From Firmicutes bacterium UBA995 (lineage in GTDB: Bacteria > Bacillota > Sulfobacillia > UBA995), in the NCBI GenBank assembly GCA_002291985.1, contig DBBB01000119.1, forward strand, positions 1 to 51,915: DNA of 51,915 nucleotides. Direction: 5' to 3'. The translations under genes were made by a program, and so were the position numbers. Of this stretch, positions 9,265-17,970 are shown piece by piece. Below the pieces are notes generated by a model that was not told the DNA's origin, did no database searches, and saw only the letters and a list, made by a program, of their open reading frames with translations. Position 1 is the first letter of the stretch; each line of letters begins with the position of its first letter.

Positions 9265-9671
9265 CCACCGCCAGGAAGTACGTTTTGGACAGCCATGCCG
9301 TGCTCTCGCTGGTGGAGGATGAACCGGGTGCGCAAGTGGTGGCCGAACTGCTCATCTGTGACAAGGCGGAACTCCATTTGAGCGCCATCAGCCTGGGAGA
9401 AATCTACTATGTGATCTTGCGCAGGCATGGCGAGGCAGCAGCGGAAGAGATCGTGGGTGCGGTACTGCAGGAGCAGGCGCTAACCGTGGAAGAGGTGTCC
9501 TGGCCGAGGCTCAAGCAGGCGGCCTGCATCAAGGGAGGAGGCGGGATTTCCTACGCGGATGCTTTTGTGGTGGGTCTGTCCCGCGAACTGAAGGCGGTGC
9601 TGGTCTCCGGAGACCCCGACATCCGAGCAGTAGCGGGCAAGTTCGGGCTCGAGTGTAGCCCCATCGACTAG
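9261..9671 (+). CDS. vapC: PIN-domain toxin VapC
   Basis: TTG start overlaps the vapB stop. Acidic PIN residues sit in YVLDSHAVL, SYADAFVVGL and SGDPD. Confidence 0.8.
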   Translation: MTTARKYVLDSHAVLSLVEDEPGAQVVAELLICDKAELHLSAISLGEIYYVILRRHGEAAAEEIVGAVLQEQALTVEEVSWPRLKQAACIKGGGGISYADAFVVGLSRELKAVLVSGDPDIRAVAGKFGLECSPID

Positions 9672-9786
9672 CCCGGACGTGTTGCGGACCTGGATGGCTG
9701 CCGAGATGTGTCTACCCCGGCAGGGCAGATGCAGTTGGAACTACCAAGACAAAGACAATTTCGGGCAACGGAACGGAGGCGAGCGC

Positions 9787-10908
9787 ATGTCAGGACCGGT
9801 GGCGGTCCTCGGCGGCGGTCACGGGGGCCACTGTATGGCTGCGGACCTCACCCTGCGAGGACATGACGTCCACTTTTACGAGCATCCGCGCTTTGGGGAA
9901 AGCTTCCGGACCCCTCTCGAACGGGGCAGCATCCGCCTGGGGGGACCGTCCGCGACGGTCACGGGCGAGGCCCGGCCACGAAAAGTCACGATGGACATGG
10001 CCGAAGCGGTGCGGGGGACGCGATTCGTTCATGTGGTAGTGCCGGCCTTCGCTCACAACCTCTTCTTCCGCGAACTCCTGCCCCAACTCGAAGACGGACA
10101 GACGGCCATCATCTGGTCGGGAGATTTCGGATCCTTGCAGCTCACCTCGATGTTACGGCAGGAGTACCCTGACAGGCAGATCCTGGTAGCGGAGACCAAT
10201 ACCATCCCTTACGGCACCAGGAGGCGCGGTGCGGCTTCGGCGGAAGTGGACCTGCTGCTGATTGCGCCCCGGGTCACCATCGCCGCATTGCCGGCCACGG
10301 GCACCCGGGAGCTTTTGTCTTCCCTGAAGGCGGTATGGCCCTGTCTCGAGGCGACAGACCATGTGCTGGCGGCAGCCTTGAGCAACCCCAATTCCATCTG
10401 CCATCCGCCTGGCTCGCTCTTGAATGTGGGACGGATTCAGTATTCCGGCGGGCAGTTCTTCATGTATCGGGAGGGAATATCGGAAGCCGTCGCGCGGGTC
10501 ATCAAGGCGCTGTACCAGGAGACGAAGGCTTTGGCCACCGCTCTTTCCAGCCGGGTCCTCGAGTACGAGGATGACGACTTTTCGACCACCGCGAGCATAA
10601 TGGGTACGGCGTTTCAGGCGCCGGCCGCGACCAGGGCCGACACCCTTGAGATAATCGCCGGGGTACTCGGCCCGACCTCCACGAGCCATCGCTACATCAC
10701 CGAGGATCTGCCGTACGGCCTGGTGCCCATGTCCCAGTTGGGAGACATGCTCGGCGTCGACACCCCGGTGATCGACTCCATGGTCCACCTCGGCTGTGCG
10801 GTCTGCAGCACCGATTTCTGGACCACGGGGCGTACTCTGAAGACGCTGGGAATCGAGGGCCTCGAGGGCAAGGCGCTGCTCAGGTACGTTACCGAGGGGA
10901 TCTGGTAG
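9787..10908 (+). CDS. NAD/NADP octopine/nopaline dehydrogenase-family oxidoreductase
   Basis: ATG 9787 follows GGAGGCGAG; the track ORF starts at 9679 but its first 36 aa lack similarity. Rossmann N-terminus VAVLGGGHGGHCMAADLTLRGHDVHFYE is typical of the opine-DH family. Confidence 0.7.
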   Translation: MSGPVAVLGGGHGGHCMAADLTLRGHDVHFYEHPRFGESFRTPLERGSIRLGGPSATVTGEARPRKVTMDMAEAVRGTRFVHVVVPAFAHNLFFRELLPQLEDGQTAIIWSGDFGSLQLTSMLRQEYPDRQILVAETNTIPYGTRRRGAASAEVDLLLIAPRVTIAALPATGTRELLSSLKAVWPCLEATDHVLAAALSNPNSICHPPGSLLNVGRIQYSGGQFFMYREGISEAVARVIKALYQETKALATALSSRVLEYEDDDFSTTASIMGTAFQAPAATRADTLEIIAGVLGPTSTSHRYITEDLPYGLVPMSQLGDMLGVDTPVIDSMVHLGCAVCSTDFWTTGRTLKTLGIEGLEGKALLRYVTEGIW

Positions 10909-10956
10909 AAGAAGGGAGGGGAGGCCGGCAGCCTTCGCGGGCCAGGCCGGGCGGAC

Positions 10957-11835
10957 ATGCGCGAAAAGGTGACCATTCCGCACCTCATGGAAAAACGGGC
11001 TAGAGGCGAACCCATCAGCATGTTGACCTGCTACGACTACCCCACGGCCCTGCTCGAGGAGAAGGCGGGGGTGGATATCATCCTGGTCGGAGATTCGGTC
11101 GGGATGACGGTATATGGACACTCGAGCACCCTGCCCGTGACGATGGACATCATGATCGCCCACTGCCAGGCCGTCCGCCGGGGAGCGCCCGGAGCCTTGC
11201 TCATCGGGGACATGCCCTACCTGTCGTACCAGATCAGCGTGACCGAAGCGGTGCGAAACGCCGGGCGGTTCATGCAGGAAGCCGCTTGCGACGCGGTCAA
11301 GCTGGAGGGCGGTCGGAGCATGGCCCCGGTCTTTCGAGCGCTGACCGACGCGGGCATTCCCGCGATGGGGCACCTAGGGTTGACCCCCCAGTCGCTGGCC
11401 ATGCTCGGGGGCTTCCGGGCTCAGGGGAGGGACGCCGAGGCGGCCTTCCGGGTGATCCAGGACGCGGCGATCCTCGAGCAGGCGGGGGCCTTCTCTATCC
11501 TCCTGGAGGCGGTGCCGCCCGAGGTCGGGGAGGAAGTGACCGGCCGCGCCTCCATCCCCATCATCTCTATCGGCGCCGGGCCGCATTGCGACGGCCAACT
11601 CCTCATCGTCCATGACTTGCTAGGCTTCTTCGAGGCCTTTACCCCACGATTCGTGAAGAAATACGCCGACCTGAACCGCACGGTGCTCGAGGCTTTCCAG
11701 TCCTATCTGGGTGACGTTGCCGGCCGGCGCTTTCCCGCTGCCGAGCACTGCTACCCCATGAAGAAAGGGGAGCTGGAGAAACTCGCTTTCCTGCTGAAAG
11801 GTTCGGAAGATCCCCGTGAGGAGGTAAGCACGTGA
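10957..11835 (+). CDS. panB: 3-methyl-2-oxobutanoate hydroxymethyltransferase (ketopantoate hydroxymethyltransferase)
   Basis: Motifs: ISMLTCYDY, ILVGDSVGM, GDMPYLSY, VKLEGG, MGHLGLTPQS. Confidence 0.85.
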   Translation: MREKVTIPHLMEKRARGEPISMLTCYDYPTALLEEKAGVDIILVGDSVGMTVYGHSSTLPVTMDIMIAHCQAVRRGAPGALLIGDMPYLSYQISVTEAVRNAGRFMQEAACDAVKLEGGRSMAPVFRALTDAGIPAMGHLGLTPQSLAMLGGFRAQGRDAEAAFRVIQDAAILEQAGAFSILLEAVPPEVGEEVTGRASIPIISIGAGPHCDGQLLIVHDLLGFFEAFTPRFVKKYADLNRTVLEAFQSYLGDVAGRRFPAAEHCYPMKKGELEKLAFLLKGSEDPREEVST

Positions 11836-12764
11836 TGCGAGCGGCCGAATGGCTTGAGAAGGTGGGACTGCCATCGGGAGACGACTACGCCCTGCCTGAT
11901 TCCCCCGGCCGGTTTCCCGACGGGGCGCACTACCGGATCGAGATCTCGGGGATAGAGAGGCTATCCACCCTGGAAGCCTTGATAGATGAGATGAACCGAC
12001 AGGGAGTCGCCGTGCACCGTCTCATCTCGACGGTGATGGGAGCTACCCTGCTGACCCGGAGTGAGCTTCGCGACTTCGCCCAGATGGCGGCCGAGGCCCG
12101 ATTGGAAATCATCATGACTCCCGGCCCTCGCCCCCAGTGGGACCTGGGCAAACAGATCGCGACGCCCGAGGGCGCGGTATCGGGGCTGCGCATCCGGGGC
12201 GCGGACAATCTGCGCTACCTGCTGGCGGACATCGAGCGTTGCCTGGAGGTCGGGTTCCGGGGCTTTCTCGTGTGGGACGAGGGCGTGCTGGCGGTCCTGG
12301 CCGAGTTGAAAGACAGGGGCGTGTTGCCTCCGGACGTGACGTTCAAGATCTCCATCTTCGGTGGGCACGCCAACCCGGCCGGGGCGCGGATGCTGGAACG
12401 GATGGGGGCAGGCACCTTCAACCCCGTGGTGGATCTGACCTTGCCTCAGCTTGCCGCCATTCGCCGGACGGTGAAACTGCCCATGGACTTGCACGTCTAC
12501 CTCTTCGAGTCCTTTGGCGGCCAGAACCGTTTCTGGGAGACGGCGGAGTTGGCCCGGGTGGCGGCACCCTGCTACTTCAAGATCGAACCCGGGGTGTCGG
12601 TGGGCGCGCTCTACAAGCCGTGGGTGGCGCCGGATTCCCTGGCTTTCCTTGCCAGGGAGAAAGTCCGCCACGCCGCGATAATCCAGGAACTGGTGGGGAG
12701 GGTCAACCCGTCTATCCGTGGTTCGCTTCAGGGGCCGAGCGACCTGGCTCTGCCCAGACCATAG
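11832..12764 (+). CDS. conserved hypothetical protein; alternating beta/alpha pattern suggests a TIM-barrel fold
   Basis: GTGATG start overlaps the panB stop, with GAGGAGG 8 nt upstream. About eight hydrophobic strand-like segments are spaced by helix-like stretches: YRIEISG, VHRLIST, EIIMTPG, GFLVWD, TFKISIFGG, TFNPVVD, MDLHVYLF, CYFKIEP. I recognise no family. Confidence 0.6.
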   Translation: MMRAAEWLEKVGLPSGDDYALPDSPGRFPDGAHYRIEISGIERLSTLEALIDEMNRQGVAVHRLISTVMGATLLTRSELRDFAQMAAEARLEIIMTPGPRPQWDLGKQIATPEGAVSGLRIRGADNLRYLLADIERCLEVGFRGFLVWDEGVLAVLAELKDRGVLPPDVTFKISIFGGHANPAGARMLERMGAGTFNPVVDLTLPQLAAIRRTVKLPMDLHVYLFESFGGQNRFWETAELARVAAPCYFKIEPGVSVGALYKPWVAPDSLAFLAREKVRHAAIIQELVGRVNPSIRGSLQGPSDLALPRP

Positions 12765-12822
12765 GCTGCGCCGGCGGGGGTCGCCGGTGGCCGAGAGCCT
12801 GCCGGGCCGCCTTCGGGGGAGT

Positions 12823-12851
12823 TTGACCGGGCCTACAGCCGATGGTATATT
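12823..12851 (+). promoter_or_regulatory. candidate promoter of tadA
   Basis: TTGACC (12823-12828), a 17-nt spacer ending in TGG, then TATATT (12846-12851). Confidence 0.4.
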
Positions 12852-12887
12852 GGGAACACGGGCATATTCCCTGCACACGGGGCGCGG

Positions 12888-13409
12888 ATGCGCATGATTC
12901 CGGGTACGGGGGCGTTGCGAGGAGACGGATTGCCGGACGACGAGTTGTTCATGGAACTGGCTCTTGAGCAGGCCAGGGAGGCCGGGGTCCGGGGAGAGGT
13001 CCCCGTCGGTGCGGTGTTGGTCCTGGACGGGCTGGTGGTTGCACGGGACCATAATCGGCGGGAAGAAACGGGGGACGCAACCGCCCACGCCGAACTCCTG
13101 GTGATCCGGGAGGCGAATCGGCGGCTGGGAGGATGGCGGCTGGAGGGCACGATCATGTACGTGACGCTCGAGCCGTGCCCGATGTGCGCGGGGGCGATGG
13201 TGCTGGCGCGGGTGGGGCGGCTGGTATACGGCGCTCCCGATCCGAAGGCGGGCGCGGCCGGGTCGCTCTTGAACCTGGTGGAAGATGGGCGGTTTAACCA
13301 CCGGCTTGCGGTCCGGGGAGGGGTTTTGGCGGGCGATTGCGCAGCGGTCTTGCGTGATTTCTTCAAGGAACGAAGGCGTTCGGTCGTGGAGGGGTGCGAG
13401 AGCGGTTGA
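12888..13409 (+). CDS. tadA: tRNA adenosine(34) deaminase
   Basis: CDA zinc motifs HAELLVIREA and TLEPCPMCAGA, plus LVYGAPDPKAGAAGS. The start is uncertain (ATG 12888 or 12894). The last 22 nt overlap tRNA-Ser(CGA). Confidence 0.85.
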   Translation: MRMIPGTGALRGDGLPDDELFMELALEQAREAGVRGEVPVGAVLVLDGLVVARDHNRREETGDATAHAELLVIREANRRLGGWRLEGTIMYVTLEPCPMCAGAMVLARVGRLVYGAPDPKAGAAGSLLNLVEDGRFNHRLAVRGGVLAGDCAAVLRDFFKERRRSVVEGCESG

Positions 13410-13477
13410 ATCGGGCGGTCTCGAAAACCGTTGAGGGTGCAAGCCCTCCGTGGGTTCGAATCCCACCCCCTCCGCCA
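13388..13477 (+). tRNA. tRNA-Ser (anticodon CGA)
   Basis: Acceptor GGAGGGG/CCCCTCC, anticodon loop CU-CGA-AA, long variable arm, T-loop GGTTCGAATCC, encoded CCA. Confidence 0.9.
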
Positions 13478-13494
13478 ATGACCGCAAGTGATTC

Positions 13495-13586
13495 GGAAGG
13501 GTGCTGGAGTGGCTTAACAGGCACGCCTGGAGAGCGTGTAGGCGGGGGAACCTGCCTCGTGGGTTCAAATCCCACCCCTTCCGCCA
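13495..13586 (+). tRNA. tRNA-Ser (anticodon GGA)
   Basis: Acceptor GGAAGGG/CCCTTCC, anticodon stem CACGC/GCGTG with loop CU-GGA-GA, long variable arm, encoded CCA. Confidence 0.9.
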
Positions 13587-13591
13587 GCGTT

Positions 13592-13862
<271 letters not shown>

Positions 13863-13926
13863 GCACCGATGGTAGGGCGGGACGATGCGGAATGCAGAAG
13901 TGTCTGTCCGGGAGGGGGCAGGGCCG

Positions 13927-15444
13927 ATGACCCGCATGGTCCTTTACAGGCAGTGGCGCCCGCGCAACTTCAGCGAAGTCGTCGGACAGGCGGCGATCAC
14001 CCGTACCCTCGAAAACGCCGTAAAGGCAAACCGGGTGAGCCACGCCTACTTGTTCGCCGGACCCAGGGGTACCGGCAAGACTACCGTGGCCCGCGTGCTG
14101 GCGCGGGCGGTCAACTGCCAGGCCCGAAGTGGCCCGGATCCGTGCAACGAATGCCCGACCTGCCGGAGTGCCCTGGAGGGGTCGTCACCGGATGTGGTTG
14201 AGATTGACGCTGCGTCGCATCGTGGCATCGATGAGATGCGGGACTTGCGCGAGCGGGTGCGTTTTGCACCGGCGATAAGTAAGTCTCGGGTGTACGTCAT
14301 CGACGAGGTCCACATGCTGACGCCCGAGGCCTTCAATGCCCTGCTGAAGACGCTTGAAGAGCCGCCGCCCCACGCGATCTTCATCCTGGCGACCACCGAG
14401 CCCCATAGAGTGCCGATGACGGTGTTGTCGCGATGCCAGCGCTTCGACTTCCGCCGCTTGCCAGAGCCGGATATTCGCAAGGTGGTGGAGATAGTGAGCG
14501 CAGCCGAGGGAGCGGAGGTGACGCCCGGGGCGGTGGCGACGCTGGCGAGGCGCGCCGAGGGATCGCTCAGGGACGGCCTGGGGCTGCTGGAACAATGCCT
14601 GGCCTATGCCGGGTCTCGGCTCGACCTCGACCAGGTACACGAGGTCCTGGGCATGGTGGAGGGGGAGGTCCTCGAACGCCTGGCGCACGGTCTGCGGGAA
14701 GGTGCAGCCAGGGAACTCCTCGAGCTGGTGGAGGAGGTCGTCGCCGGCGGCAAAGACGTCAGGCAACTCGTGCGGGACCTCATGGATTACCTTCGGGAGC
14801 AGTTGGTCGCCGCCGTGGAAGGCGGGGGCGACGGCGGGTGGAAGCCTGCCAACTTGATCAGGACCATGCGGGAACTGGCCCAGGCGGAGGCGGACATGCG
14901 GTGGAGTCCTCACCCCCGGCTGGTCCTGGAGATGGCCCTCCTCCGCCTCACTCCTGTCTCGTCCATGGAGGTGGCGGCCCCGCCGCCGCCCGCCGAGACG
15001 GCGAGCCCGCCTGTTCCCGGGAGCGCTGGAGACGATCGGCCGGCGGGCGATGGGCCTCCCGTGGTCCAGCCGCAAAAGACGAGCGATGCGGGGGTAGACT
15101 GGCCACGGATATTGGCGGCCGTCCGCGCGGCCAACGTTCCCTTGCACAGTTTCCTCCGGATGGCTCAGCCCATCCAGGCAGGTGAGGGTCGACTCACGCT
15201 GGCTTTCCCCGCGCATGCCGAGGTGCAGATGAAACGCGCGGCCGCCCAGAGTCCAGGAATACTCGAACAGACCCTGGCCGAGATCACCGGTCAACAGTGG
15301 GAGATCTGCTTCGAACTCGACTCGAAGACGCCGCCGCGTCGCCCTCGCAAACGGAGCGAGACCAGTGAACCGCTGGTGCGGCAGGCGCTGACCTTGTTCG
15401 AGGGGGAAGTCGTAGAGGATGATGGAGGGGGAGGGGCGACGTGA
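13927..15444 (+). CDS. dnaX: DNA polymerase III subunit gamma/tau
   Basis: ATG 13927 lies ~10 nt after GGGAGGGGG. Motifs: LYRQWRPRNF, GPRGTGKTT, zinc module CQARSGPDPCNECPTC, VYVIDEVHML, SRCQRFDF. Confidence 0.9.
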   Translation: MTRMVLYRQWRPRNFSEVVGQAAITRTLENAVKANRVSHAYLFAGPRGTGKTTVARVLARAVNCQARSGPDPCNECPTCRSALEGSSPDVVEIDAASHRGIDEMRDLRERVRFAPAISKSRVYVIDEVHMLTPEAFNALLKTLEEPPPHAIFILATTEPHRVPMTVLSRCQRFDFRRLPEPDIRKVVEIVSAAEGAEVTPGAVATLARRAEGSLRDGLGLLEQCLAYAGSRLDLDQVHEVLGMVEGEVLERLAHGLREGAARELLELVEEVVAGGKDVRQLVRDLMDYLREQLVAAVEGGGDGGWKPANLIRTMRELAQAEADMRWSPHPRLVLEMALLRLTPVSSMEVAAPPPPAETASPPVPGSAGDDRPAGDGPPVVQPQKTSDAGVDWPRILAAVRAANVPLHSFLRMAQPIQAGEGRLTLAFPAHAEVQMKRAAAQSPGILEQTLAEITGQQWEICFELDSKTPPRRPRKRSETSEPLVRQALTLFEGEVVEDDGGGGAT

Positions 15445-15749
15445 AGGGAGCGGGAGATCTCTTACGGAACGTACAGAGGGTTCAAGAGCAGTTGACGCGC
15501 ACCATGGCCGAACTCGCCGAGCGCCAGGTGGAGGCGACCGCGGGGGGAGGGGCGGTCAGGGCGATGGTGAACGGCCGGCGGGAAGTGGTGGACCTTGCCA
15601 TCGCCCCGGAAGCCGTCGACCCGGCCGACGTGGGCATGCTGCAAGATCTGGTGGTGGCGGCGGTGAACGAGGCTCTCCGCAAGATGGAGACCCTGCTGGC
15701 GGATGAAGTGGCACGGGTGACGGGCTTCCGCGGCCCCGGTCCTTTCTGA
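15441..15749 (+). CDS. ybaB: YbaB/EbfC-family nucleoid-associated protein
   Basis: GTG overlaps the dnaX stop. About 100 aa with ...VEATAGGGAVRAMVNGRREVVDLAIAPEAVDP.D..MLQDLVVAAVNEAL. Confidence 0.85.
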   Translation: MKGAGDLLRNVQRVQEQLTRTMAELAERQVEATAGGGAVRAMVNGRREVVDLAIAPEAVDPADVGMLQDLVVAAVNEALRKMETLLADEVARVTGFRGPGPF

Positions 15750-15752
15750 CTC

Positions 15753-16346
15753 ATGCTGCCTGCTGGCGTGACCCGGCTGATCCGGGAACTGACCCGCCTG
15801 CCGGGAGTCGGACCCAGGACGGCTCAACGCATGGTCTTTTTCTTGTTGGCCCGGCCTCCTGCCGACACGCGGTCGCTTGCCGAGGCCCTGGTGCAGGCGA
15901 GAGAACGCACCTGCGAATGTAGCGTCTGCTGCGGCCTTACCGAGGGAGATCCCTGCTCGCTGTGCTCGGATCCGCGTCGCGATCCCGGGTCGATCTGCGT
16001 GGTGGAACATCCGGCGGATGTGGTGGCGGTTGAGCGGACCCGGGAGTTCAACGGCCGATACCATGTGTTGCACGGCGCTATCTCCCCTCTCGACGGGATC
16101 GGACCCGAGGATATTCGCCTTGCACAGCTCTTGAGACGCGTAAAGGAAGGCGGTTGCCGCGAGGTAATCGTGGCCACCAACCCCTCGGTGGAGGGGGAGA
16201 CGACGGCCATGTATATCGCCCGCCTGCTCAAGCCCTCCGAAGTTCAGGTGACACGGCCGGCCTCGGGACTGCCGGCGGGGAGCGACCTGGAGTACGCCGA
16301 TCAGGTTACCCTCAGCCGGGCCCTCCAGGGACGCAAGGAGATCTGA
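15753..16346 (+). CDS. recR: recombination protein RecR
   Basis: HhH LPGVGPRTAQR, a Cys4 zinc finger (CECSVCCGLTEGDPCSLC), and Toprim VVEHPADVVAVE. Confidence 0.9.
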   Translation: MLPAGVTRLIRELTRLPGVGPRTAQRMVFFLLARPPADTRSLAEALVQARERTCECSVCCGLTEGDPCSLCSDPRRDPGSICVVEHPADVVAVERTREFNGRYHVLHGAISPLDGIGPEDIRLAQLLRRVKEGGCREVIVATNPSVEGETTAMYIARLLKPSEVQVTRPASGLPAGSDLEYADQVTLSRALQGRKEI

Positions 16347-16475
16347 CCGCCGCGGGCTGGCCTGTCCACCCTCTTGAACCGCGCGCTCGCGGCGCATCGC
16401 GGCGCATCAAAGTTGCGGGGGCTGATTCCGGGTGCTAAACTACTGGCAGCCTGCCTCAAGAAGGCTGTGACGCAC

Positions 16476-17939
16476 GTGGAACAGGTGAGAGTCCGGTTCG
16501 CCCCGAGTCCTACCGGGGAACTGCACGTGGGCAATGCCCGCACCGCGCTTTTTTGCTGGCTATTTGCTCGAAGCCGTCAAGGACGTTTTATCTTGCGCAT
16601 CGAGGACACCGACCCCGAGCGGACGGGCAGGGGCGGAGAAACTCCCATCCTCGAAGGCCTGGCATGGCTGGGGATGGAGTGGGATGAAGGCCCGGACCGG
16701 GGAGGGCCGGTGGGACCTTACCGGCAATCGGAACGCCTGGCCCTTTACCATCAGTACGGCAGGCAGATCCTGCATTCAGGCCGGGGTTATCCTTGTTTCT
16801 GCGATCCCGCGGTGCTTGCGGGACGGCGAGCCGGGGCGCGCGAGGGGGGGCGCGTCCCGGGCTACGACCGCAAGTGCCGGGACCGCGGCGAAGAGGAACG
16901 CGCACAACTCAGGACGGCGGGCAAGCCGCATGCTCTCCGGTTGAAAGCGCCGACCGGCGGGCATATCGTGGTAGAGGACGGCATCCGTGGTACGGTGCGC
17001 TTCAGTCATGAAGACCTGGACGACTTCATTCTGGTGCGCTCGGATGGGAGACCTACCTACAACTTCGCGTGCGCCGTTGACGATCATCTCATGGAGATCA
17101 GTCACGTCATTCGCGGGGAGGAGCACCTCAGCAACACTCCGCGGCAGCTTCTGATATATGAGGCGCTGGGCTTTCCGCCCCCGCGGTTCGCTCACCTACC
17201 CATGATACTGGCGCCCGACCGCTCGAAGTTGAGCAAGCGACACGGGGCGACCTCTCTCCAGGAGTACCGGGAACAGGGGTACTTGCCGGAAGCGTTGATC
17301 AATTACCTCACCCTGCTGGGGTGGTCGCATCCCGATGGCGTCGAGATCTTTTCGCCGGCGGAGGCCATTGCCCACTTTTCTTTGGACCGCGTCTCTCCGA
17401 GTTCTTCCGTATATGATGACGGGAAGATCACCTGGCTCAACGGGCATTACCTGCGAGCGTTGCCCCTCGACGAACTGGCGAGGCGTGCCCGGCCTTTCCT
17501 CCTGGCCAGGGGATACGACCCGGAAGAAGCAAGGCTGCTTGCCTTGATGGCAGTCGTGCGAGATCGCATAGCCCGGCTGAATGAGGCGCCGGATGCGCTT
17601 GACTACTTCTTCGAGACGGACTTCCCCTATGACGAGGAGGGTTTCGCCAGGCATCTCGGCCGTGATGGACTACCCGACCTCCTCGACGCGTGCCGGGGGG
17701 CCCTGGCGCCGATTCCCGCGGGGGACTTCAACGTGGTCGCCATCGAGGCGGCATACCGCAGCCTGGCCGCAGAACGGGGGATCCGGGCGGCAGACATCAT
17801 ACATCCCACGCGGCTCGCGGTCAGCGGTCGCACGGCCGGACCGGGCCTGTTCGACATCATGGCCCTGCTGGGCAAGGAGACGACGCTGCGCAGGATCGAT
17901 CGACTGGCGCGAGCCCTGCGATCGGCCAGACGGTCTTGA
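16476..17939 (+). CDS. gltX: glutamate--tRNA ligase
   Basis: GTG 16476 lies 10 nt after AAGAAGG. HIGH motif in FAPSPTGELHVGNART; KMSKS as KLSKRHG. Confidence 0.9.
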   Translation: MEQVRVRFAPSPTGELHVGNARTALFCWLFARSRQGRFILRIEDTDPERTGRGGETPILEGLAWLGMEWDEGPDRGGPVGPYRQSERLALYHQYGRQILHSGRGYPCFCDPAVLAGRRAGAREGGRVPGYDRKCRDRGEEERAQLRTAGKPHALRLKAPTGGHIVVEDGIRGTVRFSHEDLDDFILVRSDGRPTYNFACAVDDHLMEISHVIRGEEHLSNTPRQLLIYEALGFPPPRFAHLPMILAPDRSKLSKRHGATSLQEYREQGYLPEALINYLTLLGWSHPDGVEIFSPAEAIAHFSLDRVSPSSSVYDDGKITWLNGHYLRALPLDELARRARPFLLARGYDPEEARLLALMAVVRDRIARLNEAPDALDYFFETDFPYDEEGFARHLGRDGLPDLLDACRGALAPIPAGDFNVVAIEAAYRSLAAERGIRAADIIHPTRLAVSGRTAGPGLFDIMALLGKETTLRRIDRLARALRSARRS

Positions 17940-17970
17940 GGTGAGGACCTGCTGGCCCGGTCGCGGCATC

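Noticed and set aside
11961-13568. A 535-aa minus-strand ORF covering the orphan gene, tadA and two tRNAs.
   Set aside because: It runs antisense through two tRNA-Ser genes; the GVGFEPTEG... peptide is the well-known translation of a tRNA T-arm. It also opposes tadA, whose zinc motifs are clear.
14900-15100. A programmed frameshift site in dnaX for gamma-subunit production.
   Set aside because: There is no A-rich slippery run (A_AAA_AAG or A_AAA_AAA type) anywhere in the gene. The longest A run is four, in CAAAAG at about 15073.
16347-16475. A T-box leader upstream of gltX.
   Set aside because: The spacer is only about 130 nt, too short for a T-box, and it has no AGAGA / T-box 14-mer-like sequence. 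It does contain a tandem GCGGCGCATC x2, which I could not interpret.
16466-16483. Additional parS-like sequence TGTGACGCACGTGGAACA at the gltX start, and isolated half-sites (TGTTTCAC at about 31253, GTGAAAC at about 8871, 12472 and 32118).
   Set aside because: Only one half-site is good in each case, the overall symmetry is poor, and they lie inside or at the edge of coding sequence. They are probably chance CACGTG occurrences.
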